Source: the human T2T-CHM13v2.0 reference genome, Homo sapiens
Assembly: GCF_009914755.1 (NCBI RefSeq)
Contig: NC_060932.1
Direction: 5' to 3' (one strand)
Length of the DNA stretch: 64,000 nt
Shown in pieces: positions 41,401-56,795 of the stretch (positions within the stretch are counted from its first letter, which is position 1; every line of letters starts with the position of its first letter). Made by a program: the position numbers and the translations under genes. Under the pieces are notes generated by a model, which did no database searches, was not told the DNA's origin, and was given only the letters and a program-made list of their open reading frames with translations.

Positions 41401-43007
41401 TGAATGCTTGCTGGTGATCACAACAAACAAAAGAAATGACCACTCTTATTGAGTTTCTATTTATATTTTTTTCTCAAAGCTACTGGTTAAATAGGAAGAT
41501 AATCTTTAGGCATTATTATTGGTAAATAAAAGTAAATAGAATGGATTTTGAATCCCATGCTAGGGAGCTGATATCACTAATGGAGATGAAGAGAAAGCCT
41601 TATATTAATCAATAATTTCATTTTAAGCAAAGAATTGTGTGCAGATTCATAATTCATGCACTGACCAATTCTCTTCCTTCCCATTGTCATTAGATATTGA
41701 CAGATCTTAATATTCAGAATCTCTATTCCAAAATTAGATAAAACTTCAGATTAATCAACACAGATGGGTTTACCTCTTCAAAAATTTTTTGAATTTTTAT
41801 TTAGAGTATTCCACAATTTGAAAAAATAATATGTGAGCCCACATCAGAAAGTCAACACAGTGGTTTTAAATATTGATGATGACATTGTTCTTTCAGGTTG
41901 GTAACTAAGCAACCTTTAAACTTGATGTCAAAAGTTCCATAGGCTAGATGCACACATATGAAAAGACTTTTTCCTTCAGCAGCTTATAGAAAAAATGACT
42001 TTTCTTCATAAAAAGGTTGTGACATTGTACATTAATATCCTAGATGAAAACATATAAGCAAATTTAGCTTTACATATCTATTCTCACTAGGACTCTTACT
42101 TCAAAATGCTGTGCTTCCCCAGCCCTTGCTGACTTGGTGCTAAAGTTATTTATTCCTATGAGAACAAAATTTCAACCATAAGACCATGCTTTACTTAAAG
42201 AAATATAGCTGTCTCATAAGGAGAAATCAGCATTGAGTCCTGATCTTTAATTTGGGTTTTATTTTAAATGCTTTTCAATATCAGTCTGAAACTGATGGTA
42301 TTGAAATGTGTTAATAACATTAAACATTCTATGCTTTTTGATCAAGTGTGAGGTATCTGAGGAAGCAAAAAGTCAAGTACAACATTCTTTAACCTGCTTT
42401 TAATTAGATCATTAGGGATTTTAGGCTCTATTAGTTGAATTACACTGCAGCTCCTAATTCTTAGCTATTGAGTTTATTTAAATTACATTTCAAACTAGGC
42501 ATTGTAGAAGAGGGTTTTAGAAAATTTTCTGAGTGAAATAAAGGGCAAGTCTTTGGAGAACATGATGTGTTTTTGGAATGAAAGACTTAGAGAAATTTTG
42601 TCTTTGGAGTTCAGAAATATCAACGTAGTTTACAGAAACATCTTCAGTACTGGATTGCAGCATTTTTCTTTTCTAACTGTTAAAAGTTTGCTCATACAGG
42701 CTTTGGAGAGCTTTATCCCTGCCATTTGGTGGTGTGGAAACACATAGAACAAGTGAGCCTACTATGTCTCAAGCCTGAGGCAGAAAGTTACACAGAATTT
42801 CTAATAAATCGTTAGCCATTAGGAGTCTTTGATTCCTTATGAAGGCAATTTTCTTCTGGTAGAGAAGGAAAACAAAGGAATCAGAAATCAAGATTCCTGA
42901 TCTCCATATCTGATTAGTGAGACAAAAGTGTCAATCCCATGACTGTGGAGCCCTCTATTAACAAAATGTACTCTATATAAAGGTTTCTCAACTTAAAAAT
43001 AGATTTG

Positions 43008-43532
43008 TCCCAGCAATCCCACTATTGTGTATATACCCAAAGGAAAATAGATTGTTTTACCAAAAGACATGTACACATGTATTCATCGCAGCACTGTTCA
43101 CAATGGCAGCAGCATGGGATCAACCAAGATGCCCATCAACAGTAAACTGGATAAAGAAAATGTGGTGCATATACACCATGGAATAGTACACAGCCGTATA
43201 AAAGAATGACATCATGTTGTGTGCAACAACATGGATGTAGCTGGAGGCCATCATTTTAAGTGAACTAATATAGGAATAGAAAACAAAATACCATTTTTCC
43301 TCACTTATAAGTGAGAGCTAAATATTGAATACATATGGGAACAATAGACATGAGGGACTGCTTGGTCAGGGAAGGGAGAGAACATAGGTTGGAAGGCTAC
43401 CTATCAGGTACCATGTTCACTACCTTGGTGATGGCATCATTTGTACACCAAGCCTCAGTGACACACAATTTAACCATATAACAAATCTGCACACATAGCC
43501 CCTGAACCTAAAATGAAAATAGTAAAAGAAAA
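43008..43532 (+). mobile_element. L1 3' end (L1PA15/16-like)
   Basis: cccagcaatcccacta...ggataaagaaaatgtgg...ccaagcctcagtgacacacaattt...cctgaacctaaaat plus A tail. Confidence 0.9.
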
Positions 43533-44149
43533 GTGCTTTAAAATGTGGTGATCTAGCGCTCTGTTCTCTGGAATGCACCACTAATGGACTTACTTCTATT
43601 GTGTGTTTCCAATGGCAGTCCCTAACAGATCACTCTGAGTTATCAGTGAAGTGTCATAAATATATTCAAGATAATTTTAGTCTCCAGTATTTTACTGTGT
43701 TGTATTTCAGTAGCAAACTAGTAATTGAGATACATAATATTGAGCATATCACCTTTCTAGAACATAAATTCCCCTATATTTACTCTTAACAGTATATGGT
43801 TCCATTGCCAAACACTGTACCTCTAATGAAAAGAGAAGCTAAAGTCATAAACAGTAATATATGTATTGCCACTTAATACATAAATGAAAAGTCTGCTAAC
43901 TTAAATTATAAACTAAACAAAACAACCATGATACAATCTGGTCTATCTTGAAGGAAGGCTTTGTTTTATTGTAAGAGTTGTCAGTGAGACTAAGAATTCA
44001 CACTGGATTTTGAGGATTGTCTTGGTGTTAACATGACTTGGTCCTTTTTCCTTGGTGGAGCTCCTGAGGAGTCCTTATGAGTTTTCCTGGCAGAAAGAGA
44101 AGATGATATGTTTTTTCATTGTTCACTCCTACTTGTTATTGCAAAACAA

Positions 44150-44620
44150 AACAATAATCATTATTGAACAACTTTTTTTAATTGCTATATGTGAGAGTCT
44201 GTTCTATGTTTTTAGGATATATCTACAATAAGAATTTACAAAAGTTTATGTTCTTTTGAGGCTTACATTCTAGCAAGTATGGGATAGAAAAAACATAATA
44301 GCTAAGCAAATTATAGAGATGATAAGTGCTATGAGACAAACAAATCGGGCAAGATAAAGGAGATCAGGAATGGTTACTGTTCATATGGAATAATAACTCT
44401 AGACCCTTGGTCTGATTACCACAATGATAAAGTTTCCCTTCACTGAGATGAGGAAGAATTTGGTACAGTCTGTTTGGATGGAGGTGGAGGATAAGAAGTT
44501 CATTTCTGGATATGGATGGCTTAAGATGACAATTAGATCTCCAAGTGGAGAAATGCCAAGTGGAGGTGCAGAAGAGTGTCTAAACATCTGCAGTTTGTGA
44601 ACTGAGAACCTGAGATGTTA
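44150..44620 (-). mobile_element. L2 fragment
   Basis: gaggcttacattctag...gataagtgctatg...ttcactgagatgaggaag...agatctccaagtggagaaatg. Confidence 0.6.
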
Positions 44621-44913
44621 ACAGGTTCCAGCAAAGTGTCTCTGTGGCAAAATCTTTTAGTTGATTCTGTGGATGATATAATCTTGGTTGAAGCCAATTG
44701 ACTTTATTTGCTTTCTAACACATAAAGCTGAGCACATATTTTATTGGACAAACATATCCTACCAGAAGAGGGGATTGACCTTTAACATTGAATAAAGTGC
44801 TGACTGCCCATCTGATGAGGCAGAGAATTTAGAGAGCAGAAGGCAGAGTTGTAATGTCATCCCTGTTCTTATCAGAGCTAAGGCAGCGTGTATTAGTGCA
44901 ATATAAAATGACA

Positions 44914-45008
44914 AAGGTGGAGGTTGCAGTGAGCCATGATCATGCCACTGCACTCCAGCCTGGTGGCGGAGTAAGATCCTGTCTCAGAAAAGAAAGAAAA
45001 GAAAACAG
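44914..45008 (+). mobile_element. Severely 5'-truncated Alu
   Basis: ggtggaggttgcagtgagcc...gcactccagcctg plus A-rich tail; TSD aaaatgac. Confidence 0.85.
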
Positions 45009-46381
45009 AAAATGACCACAAAAAACTAAAATCAAAACAATCAAAACAGAAACCCCACCTTATAGAACAGACTTGTACCAGGTCTTCAGCCCCTACATGC
45101 TTAACACAACATTTCCATTGACTTTCTGTATTTTGTAGTATTGAACTTTAGAATAAATTCTCTAAATGCTTCCCTCGCTGTTACATCTTTGTCAACCTTT
45201 GAGTTCAGATGTAAAGTAGAGATTACTCTTAAAAGGTGTAAAATTGAAAAAGGGTTAAAACAAAAGACATTGAAGACTAAATCCTATCATCTTGTTAATT
45301 AATGGTTTCCATTAAAAAGTTACCTTGTTAGTATCCACATGCATATTTAATAACTGGATTTTGCAATGTGGATTGAGTTTTATATTCTCTATTTTTATTT
45401 AACTTTATAATATGCTGGAGTTTTCACTGGGTGGGTTTTTTGTTTGTTTTGGTGTTTAATATCCCACTCTCCAACACCCTCTGCTTTTCAAGATCACTAA
45501 CAGCCTGATGATTTAGTTATCCAGACATTTATGTATGGCGGTGGGTATATATTAGAGAGTCAAAAAGATTCCCTGAAATTGCATGTGAAGTGTGAGAGAA
45601 ATATATAGATAGATAGATGATAGATAGTGTGTACCTGGATATGTAATTTATATTCCTCTTTGAACTTTCTTGAAGTAGGGTCAAACTATATAAATTTCTT
45701 GTAGCTAGACTGAATAGCGAACATCTCTCCAGGTCTATGGATCAGAAGTAATCCTTTTAATACCCACATCATATTTCCTGTTATTAATTTACCATGATTT
45801 TCTAAATCGTTCCCTTATGGATGGATTTGTCCTTTTTCCTCCTGACTGTAATGCTCATAAAGCATTTTATGCAGTATCTGACACAAAGTAAGCACACAAA
45901 AAATGCTAGGTATTACTATTGATAAACTTGACTAAGTTGAAAAGCACTAGAGCCAAAATTTGGGCACATTTCTGTCTGTCTCCGAAGCCTACGTGCTGAC
46001 ATTGTTGTTCTAACTCTCCTCCTTCCTCTGCTCTGCCAGCTCCCTCTCTTCCTACTCCTCTTTTTCTAATTGTTTAAGTCACTTTGCCACACTTTCTAGT
46101 CACTTTGCCACAGTTGACGAACCACTGAAAATCCTCTTATATGGATCTGTGAATTGAAATCTATTGTCTAAATGAGGCCTGTTAATAATATTTCATTAAT
46201 TTGACCAACATTTAAGTATTTACTTTGGTCTAGATTCAATAATAGGTTCTAGGAAACAGACACAGATGCTGACCTCATGAAACTTAGAGACTACAAATCA
46301 AATCAAATATTAAGAAATCTAAAAATGAATAATTTGCAAGGTAACTACAATTACTTATATCAGTGTGTCATTAAAGAGATC

Positions 46382-46886
<505 letters not shown>

Positions 46887-49229
46887 TGACATCTGAAATG
46901 AACTAGTGCTGTCTACTGATGGTGACCAAATTTTATGAATTTGCATATCTAACTTGCCATAAATAGTTCAGAATAGTTTATCTTTTTACCTTTGCAGTCA
47001 CCAGCAGGAGGTGTGTGTGAGAGAGATCAGTCATGTTCTGTATATTTCATACATTGCTAGCAAGCAAGTCTTCCTGAAGCATACTATAGATTAGGTCATT
47101 CATTTTGGTGGCTTTAGTTAAGGAAATTTAGCTTGAAAGGCAAAAACTGATTTCAGGACATAGAACGTTTTAATGTGTTTGACCACTTCTACATAGTAGT
47201 ATGGTTCTTTCTCCAAAACTGGACTCTCTACTAATGGAGCAACCCAAGAATTTGTATCTCTCAATTTATTATAACAGATAAGTGTCAAGGCACAAAGGAA
47301 TTGAAGGGCTTTTTTCTACCCACCCCTAATCTCCATGGGGCCGAGAGGGTATTGATTTTAAAATACCATTTACAAGAGCAATGGTTGAATCAATATATTA
47401 ACTCAGGATGAGTCTCAATAACAGATAAAAATGTTTTAATTATTTTTTTCTTTAGGCAGTCACTTAGGCTGCTTTTCTGACATTAGAAGCTTAGAATGTG
47501 GTTAACACAGGGCTGCTGGAATGAAGATTCTAAGCAGGAAATTTGTGCTGCATTCAAATGTGAGGAGATGAGGGGCTTCTGAACTGGCAGATCAATTGGC
47601 TGCCTCTAGAGACCTACTTTCAATTGACAACATAATCATATCTGGATGATGACCCTTAAGGGAAGGCTGAGGTCCCTTATCTCTGCCTGTAGTGAATTAA
47701 GCGTTATTTATATTCAATCACCAAGAAATCAATGCCAAGCTCCTTGTCCAAAGCCCATTAAGGGGGAAGAAGCAAAGAAAAAAATTAAGAAGGGAAAAGA
47801 GAAACAACAACAGTAGCCCCACATAACCTCTCTATTGTATTTTTGTCAGAACCTTTACTAAGCAGCCAAAGCCTAGAGTTGGCTATACTCACTGTCTAGG
47901 TTTCCACTGGGGCCAGCTGGGCAGCTACTCAAGCCAGAATCTTTAGTTATTCTCATTTTCTCTTTTGCTCACCCCACACCAATCTATCAGCATGTCTTAT
48001 TATCCTCTAATATATCCCTATTTCCTTTATTATCTCCATGCCTAACCAGTCTCCTCGCTCCCACATGGCACCACTGAAGGCCATTATTTGCCTCATGTGA
48101 AAGTGATCTTCTTAGAAGGTAAATAGTGTCACACCACTCCTCTGCTAAGACCCTTCCATGGCTTCCCACTGACATGTTATGAAAATTGCAGATACCAGGA
48201 GGAAATACCAAGTAAAATAGGTATTTCACAGACCGAGACATAGCATGACTTGGGCAAAGGATCCTGGTGCTCTTTAAGACTCTCTTTGACTTAATATCAT
48301 GGATCTTATTCCAACAATAAAATCTAAAATGAATTGAATGCATACTATCTGCGGCCGCTATACCAAGCACTTCATATCTCTTGCTTGATGCTTAGAATAA
48401 CCCTTTGGAGATGGCATTGTTATCACCATCTTCAATGGAGGGACTTAGAATGAATGACAAAGTCTAGACAAATTATTCAATATTGATGTAACAAGCAGAG
48501 CCAAGATTCTAACCCAGGATTTCTAACTCCAGTTCTCAATATTTTAACACACTAATAAATATATTTGCCTTAAGTAAATAGCTTTCTTTTAAAAATTGTT
48601 TTATTTTTACTGAGGCAGAGATGTATGGTAGCAACACTCTAACTCACTAGCATAATACTTTATATAATTTCATTGGATCGCTCTCCCCTACAGTAGGAGG
48701 AACCCAAGAACTCAGGAGAGGCAAACCTTTAGAAGCAGAACACAAAGAAAGCAGGACAGGCAAGACAGTAGTTGGTGGCATAATTAAAGACCATGCCATC
48801 TACTTCAGTATTTGGCCTCAAGTTCATTCTGCTGCTGAAGACCATACCAGTAATAATTGTTCCTACATCTGCAGGACTCAGCTAATATTTGTTTCTAGAA
48901 TACTGTCAGTATAACATCTCTGCGAGATGGGCAAGATGACTGGCATATATATCCCTTAAATGTATTCATATTTTCAGATTCCAGAATGTTAGGAAGAATC
49001 CTGGCTTATATCCTTAGTACGTGCTACATACGGAGTATCTCATTTAATCTCCATAACATTTTTAGATTGGTAATTATTATTCCATGATATGGTGGTGCAA
49101 ACTGAAGCACAGACAAGTGTTATGTAATTTTAAATCCCAGAGGCTTTATGAATATCCAGTGTATTAATATACCTTGCTGCTTCGTGGCACAACTCGGCAA
49201 AATACCCGCGGTACCCCAGTAGCACAAGC

Positions 49230-49440
49230 AGTGTGAGGCAGTGAAAATAACATAGGTTTTGAAGTCAGACTCTGCTTGTCAATCCTGGTTCCCCCTTTTG
49301 CTAGCAGTGAGACCCTGAGCAAAGTGTTAATTTTCCTAAGGTTAATTTCTTGATCTATAAAATGGAGATGATTGGAACCTAAGATCTGTCATAAGAATCA
49401 AATGAAATAACATATGTAAAACCATGGTAGACCTAGGGGA
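49230..49440 (+). mobile_element. MIR SINE
   Basis: tttgaagtcagac...ctagcagtgagaccctgagcaa...atctataaaatggagatgat. Confidence 0.75.
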
Positions 49441-50790
49441 GATGATCGAAGAATGTTTCTTCCAGATGGTCCCCATTGTTTGCACTAGTGTTGCAGGTAT
49501 GAGTGGAACAGGAACTCCCAGGTTCTGGCCCCTCCTACAGATCACACCTTTGCTTTTCTGCAGCTTGCGGATCACATGGGGTCTAGCTGACTATTTCCTA
49601 ATGCTTTAAATGTCACACTGCTTTTTTTTCTAGGCAGTAATTTACCTTTGACAGTTATGGATTATTATTCTGCTTTGATTCATATCAGGGTTCCCATATA
49701 AGGAGAGAGTGGCATATCAATGAGGAGTGCTGCTGTTTTAAATATGGGAAATATTTTCAGTAATTTCCTAATTAGCATGAGTAGATATAAATGCCATTTT
49801 GGGGGGCTTTGTGAGGAAAGCACGTTCTAATTCCTGTTATGCATACGTATGGCTAAATTCCCTTTGCAATAGTAATTCATCCAACACATGCTGTCTAATG
49901 GGATCCATCCTCTAAGCACATAATAAGGTGCCCAGAGTGATGGCATTAAGCTCAATGAAGTTCAATACTAATACCGATGCTGATGGAGAGGGGCCCAAGG
50001 AAGGGTTCAGTCTGAGCCTTTTCTTCTGAAAAATGTTAAAATGATCTTCGATCTTTTCTACTCCATAGGACACTTAGGAGGATTTGAACCTTTAAAAATT
50101 GAAACTTAGAGTCAAGTCATAATTTTTTAATTATTATTAACTAGGTTTTATTTTCATCCTTATGTCTGACTGGTTTGGTCCATGAGATCAAAGCCTGTGC
50201 TAGCCAGACTGTCTATGATTTGTCACGAGGGAACCAGGTAAGGAAATATGATTAAATAATATGTCTATCTTAACTAGGAAAAAATGCAAAGTGAGTACAT
50301 GCTTCCCATGGATTAGGTATCATTATTGCCCATATGAAAAGTGTCACACATTTCTATTTTCATCCTAAGGAAAAGTTATTTGGAGTGGCTACTCCGTATA
50401 TTAGTATTTTTGAAATAGAAGAAGCCTTTTCTTCTAATGCATCCTCTGAACCATTAAGGAAACCCAGGCTAGGAGATGAGAACTGGCTTTCCCAGGGTCA
50501 TACAACTAACTGCATGTGAGATGGGATTCTCAGTTTTAAGGCTCCCAGGACAGGGCTCAGGCTAGACAGTGACAGAATCCCAGGCCATACTATCCAACCC
50601 CCCAGGTCACTAAGGCATAACTAAGATTTGCTAGATAATTTTTACTGAGCTCAAAGCCTAAGTAATTTTAGTCTGGTTACTCTACTTACGAGGAAAAAAT
50701 CCTCAGTCTTTGGAACCTAACCATGGCTGCTGATCTTGTAATGAGTCACAGCATTCCTGATGAATGCCTCATGAAATTGAGATGATATTG

Positions 50791-51228
50791 CATGACGGTT
50801 AGTTCTTTGTGTCAATATGGCTGGTACTCAGGGCCCAGCTATTTGGTCTGACATTATTCTAGGTGTTTCTGTGAAGGTGTGGTTTTGGGTGAGATTAACA
50901 TTTAAATCAGTGGACTCTGAGTACAGATTACCCCTCATAATATGAAAGGACCTCATCCAATCAGTTGGAACAAAAACTCACCTCCTTTGAGCAAGCAGGA
51001 ATTCTGCCAGCTGACTTCCTCTGGACTCAGAGTGAAGCTCTTCCCTGGATCCCCAGCCTGCCTATCTTCCTTGCGATTTTAGACATATCTAGCCCTTCAC
51101 AAGTACATGAGCCAATTCCTTAAAATCAATCTCTCTGTCTCTCTCTCTCTCTGTACACACACACACACACACACACACACACCCCACAGACTGTTAGTTT
51201 TAGTTCTCTGGAGAATCCTGCTCATACA
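50791..51228 (+). mobile_element. MLT2 (ERVL, MLT2C/D-like) LTR with internal (TC)(CA) repeat
   Basis: gagattaacatttaaatcagtggact...cctcatccaatcagttg...tctctggagaatcctgctcataca. Confidence 0.85.
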
Positions 51229-53285
<2,057 letters not shown>

Positions 53286-53809
53286 CTTGGCAGTTTTCCA
53301 ATGATATTATTCTGAAATGTTGACTTATTAAGGAGCCCATTGTATTGGTGCTGTCTACTTCTACAAAACATGTAGCTTTGGTTTATTGCAAACGTTTAAA
53401 CATTATAGCCTAGGGTATTCCATCTACTTTGAAATAATGAGACATGATCTGAGACAAGCCCATCAAAGATTTATGTTCAGTTATAATAACATTCAACTTT
53501 GGTAGATTTTGTGTTATTTATTTTTTGGTCGAAGATGATTTTGTAGATTCTATGCTTAGTAAATATCATCCACTAAAAAGAGAGAGATCACTATTCATAT
53601 ACAAATCTTGATTTTTATTTAAACATAATCCAGAGGAAAGGATACATTATGAAGATATTACGTTTGTTGTAATATTTTGTGAATAAAATTGTTGGTTGTT
53701 TTTTGTAACCAGGGATTTCCTTATTTAGCAATTTCCTTTCCTCTCTTTTGGTAATCACCAAAAACAAAAGTACAGAAATGTCTTCTTTTGGTGTATTAAC
53801 AATTTTGGA

Positions 53810-54134
53810 GCGGGGCACTATGGCTCATGCCTGTAATCCCAGCACTTTGGGAGGCTGAGGTGGGAGGATTGCTTGAGGCCAGGAATTCGAGACCAGTCTG
53901 GGCAACATAGCAAGACCCCATCTCTACAACTTTTTTTAAAATTATCCATCTCTACAAAAATGTTTTTAAAAATTAGCCAGATGTACTGGTGCATGCTTGT
54001 AGTCTCAGCTACTTCAGAGGCTGATCACTTGAGCCCAGAAGTTCAAGCCTACAGCGAGCTGTGATTAAGCCACTGCACTCCAGCCTGGGTGACAGAGCAA
54101 GACCCTATCTCTTATAAAAAAAAAAATTAAAAAA
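53810..54134 (+). mobile_element. Alu (AluJ-like) with duplicated linker
   Basis: Dimer; ccatctctacaa...tttttaaaatta occurs twice in the middle. Confidence 0.92.
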
Positions 54135-55712
54135 GAATTTCGGGCCTTCATGGAAGAGAACTTTCAATATAGCTTTTATATATCAAACCTGAAATAAAGA
54201 CCTGAAGGATCTTTGATGGTAATATATTTAAGCATACTATGTAATGCCTTAGATTGGTCTGTCAGGTACAGTAGACATGGATTAAATGTTTCTGGTGTTT
54301 CAGAGGCTTCATCTTAAACATTACTATTTTACAAGCCTCTGGAAGAGCCAGTACTGTCAGAAGCTACTAGAGGGTTTTGAGCTGTTTGTTATTTCATCAA
54401 ATGGCTTCAGGTTGTCATCTAATTTGACCTATCAGGAATAGTTTTTTAATTTTTATTTTTAATTTTTTACCAAAATTTTCTTTAACTATTTCTGGTCTTT
54501 TCTTTTTTTCATTTTCATCCACTCACCTATGGAATTCCTTTTCATCATTCCTAGTTTGCTTTTTTTTTCTTCTTCACTGTGTACTTAAAATAATTGAATT
54601 GGTAAAAATTGGCTGCAATGTAAGCATGAATAGTCTTGGGTTATATGCCTATTTTTTACTACCTGAACTTCGCTGCTTTAATATTACTTATTAAGGGTTT
54701 ACCATTGTTTTTTATTTGCTTGTTTATATTCAGGTAATTGGGGCTGCTGAGTGAATTGTAAAAGTGGAATAGGTATCAAAAAAGGACGTCCTTCCAGGAG
54801 GTATCTCTTCATGATCTTTGATGACTTTGTGAACATGAAATAAAAATGCTCTGTTTTAGAGGATGTGTGATTATTTATTTGCCATGTATTTTTTTTAAAT
54901 AAGCATAACCTGAACTAGGGAGATATTGGCAATTAATGTAATGATTTACATGATAGACTTGGCTTTAAACAATAGGCCAATGGGTGATAAATTAGATTAT
55001 ACCTGGCTTACACAAGAAATGCCATTATTTAAAGAAATTCCAATGCTAGATTACTACATCACCATTTTCTTTCATATTAACTAATTTTTTAAACTGAAAT
55101 TGTTATATGGCCATTTACATAAGATGAGAGACTCCTGCATTATTATCCTTGGTAGTAACGTAACATACTCAAAAATATACTCCAAGGAGTAGGCAACACT
55201 TTAGAGTGTGTGTGTGTGTGTAGGGATCCACGACTGGAAATACTTGTTACTGGTTTGCAGCATCTAGGAGTAGTGCTCTTTACAGATTGACAAAGTGGTA
55301 CTTTGTTATACATGTATCCTTTGTTTTGATTAATTTTCCTCCTAGTATGCCATGTCCTGCATCTTGTATTTTAAACTGCATTTTCTTATTTATTCTACTC
55401 TTAGACCTTTAGTTTCCAGAAACTGACCAGCTATCAAACACATATATTAAATATTATGCAATTAGCTTATGTGAGAATAGTTATTGAGTCCCTTCTTCCT
55501 TAGCTTTTCCTTTTGCCCATTTTCTTCTCATCACCTGTGTAACCACATAAAAGCAAAGAGTATGATTTGACTCGCTTTTGAAAGGTGGCTTTGCATGGAG
55601 CAGTTCTCCATAAGTGATAGTCTCAAATGTTTCACTTACTAATTTTATTTACCTTCCATTGTTTTCAGAACATCACTTTTCTTCTTTTTTTTTTTTTCCC
55701 TGCCTTTCCTAG

Positions 55713-55721
55713 GGTCCAAAT
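55713..55721 (+). other. Candidate 9-nt microexon (GGTCCAAAT)
   Basis: ~35-nt polypyrimidine tract, TGC 10-12 nt upstream of the exon, ctag acceptor, AAT|GTGAGT donor; length is a multiple of 3. Confidence 0.55.
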
Positions 55722-55821
55722 GTGAGTCTATATTTCAGTGCCATTATTTCCTTAAGCAAAGAATGAGCTCCAAGTTTAGGTCAAATGCAACAGATAGCTA
55801 TGTTATTACTCTACAGCTAAT

Positions 55822-55854
55822 AATCACTAAGCTCTGAGGGAGAGCTTAGTGATT
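55822..55854. repeat. Perfect 14-bp inverted repeat, 5-nt loop
   Basis: aatcactaagctct-gaggg-agagcttagtgatt. Confidence 0.95.
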
Positions 55855-56094
55855 TATTTCTCTTATCTTTCATCTGTTTTCTTTTTATTTTAACTGTGAC
55901 ATGATGTAAGTCAGAAGAATAATTTTGTCAGTGGGGTATACTGCATCTGTCAGAGCATTTTGAGAAGGAAAATATATAAAGAGGGAAATATAAAGTTGCT
56001 ACTTGCATTTTCATCCTTAATGAGGAAAAGCTAAAGTTGGCCATCAGTGATTGAGAACTTGGGTTCTCCAAAGCTGTTGTATGTATGACAAATG

Positions 56095-56795
56095 TGTAAG
56101 GGCAAGAAGGATTTTTCCTCTTCCTCTGAAAGAGGAAGTCTGCTATTATTAACCGACAGTAGACAGATTAACAGGATAAAAAACATGTAAATTTATTAAA
56201 GTAAATATAAGCACAGGAGCCACAAAATATGAGACTCAAAGAAGGGCCAGATGGTTGAGGCTTAAATGGGCTATTCATAGGGAGAAGGAAATGAAGAATG
56301 TAAGCAATTGTGAGGGGTAGTAAATGATTTTCGGGAGAAATAAATGGGCCCAAGGAGAAGATACTAGTCTGTAAATTGTTCTCTTAGAAAACTGGCCACA
56401 ATGGGCAAGTCATGGGAAGGTGAGGGGCAGAACTGCACTGCAAACAAAGATTGTCTTATTATGCAAGCAAGGTCTCCTAGGTAATCTTTCAGAGCTGCTC
56501 AAAAGAATAGATAAAAAGTCTGGGTGTGGTGAAGGCTTTGTCTCTTCTCTGTTTAATCTTGGTTATCCCATGAAATTCCTAGGGTGGGGATCGTAAGACA
56601 ATTGCATTTCTTTTGGAGGAAGTTTTCCTCAGTTCGACAAGGAAACTTGCAGAGAGAGTGCTTTGGGAGGAGAGAAAATGGTTAAAAAGTCTTTGATTTG
56701 AGGCAGCTTCTAAGACCTTCCAGTTTTCTTTAATTTAATAGTTCTCAGCATGCCTAAGCACTTTACTTTGGGGCGGCATTCTCTGTACCCCAACA
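56095..56795 (-). mobile_element. Solo ERV1 LTR, MER39-like
   Basis: ~700 bp, TG...CA; reverse complement starts tgttggggtacagagaatgccgccccaaagta...ggcatgctgag. Confidence 0.8.
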
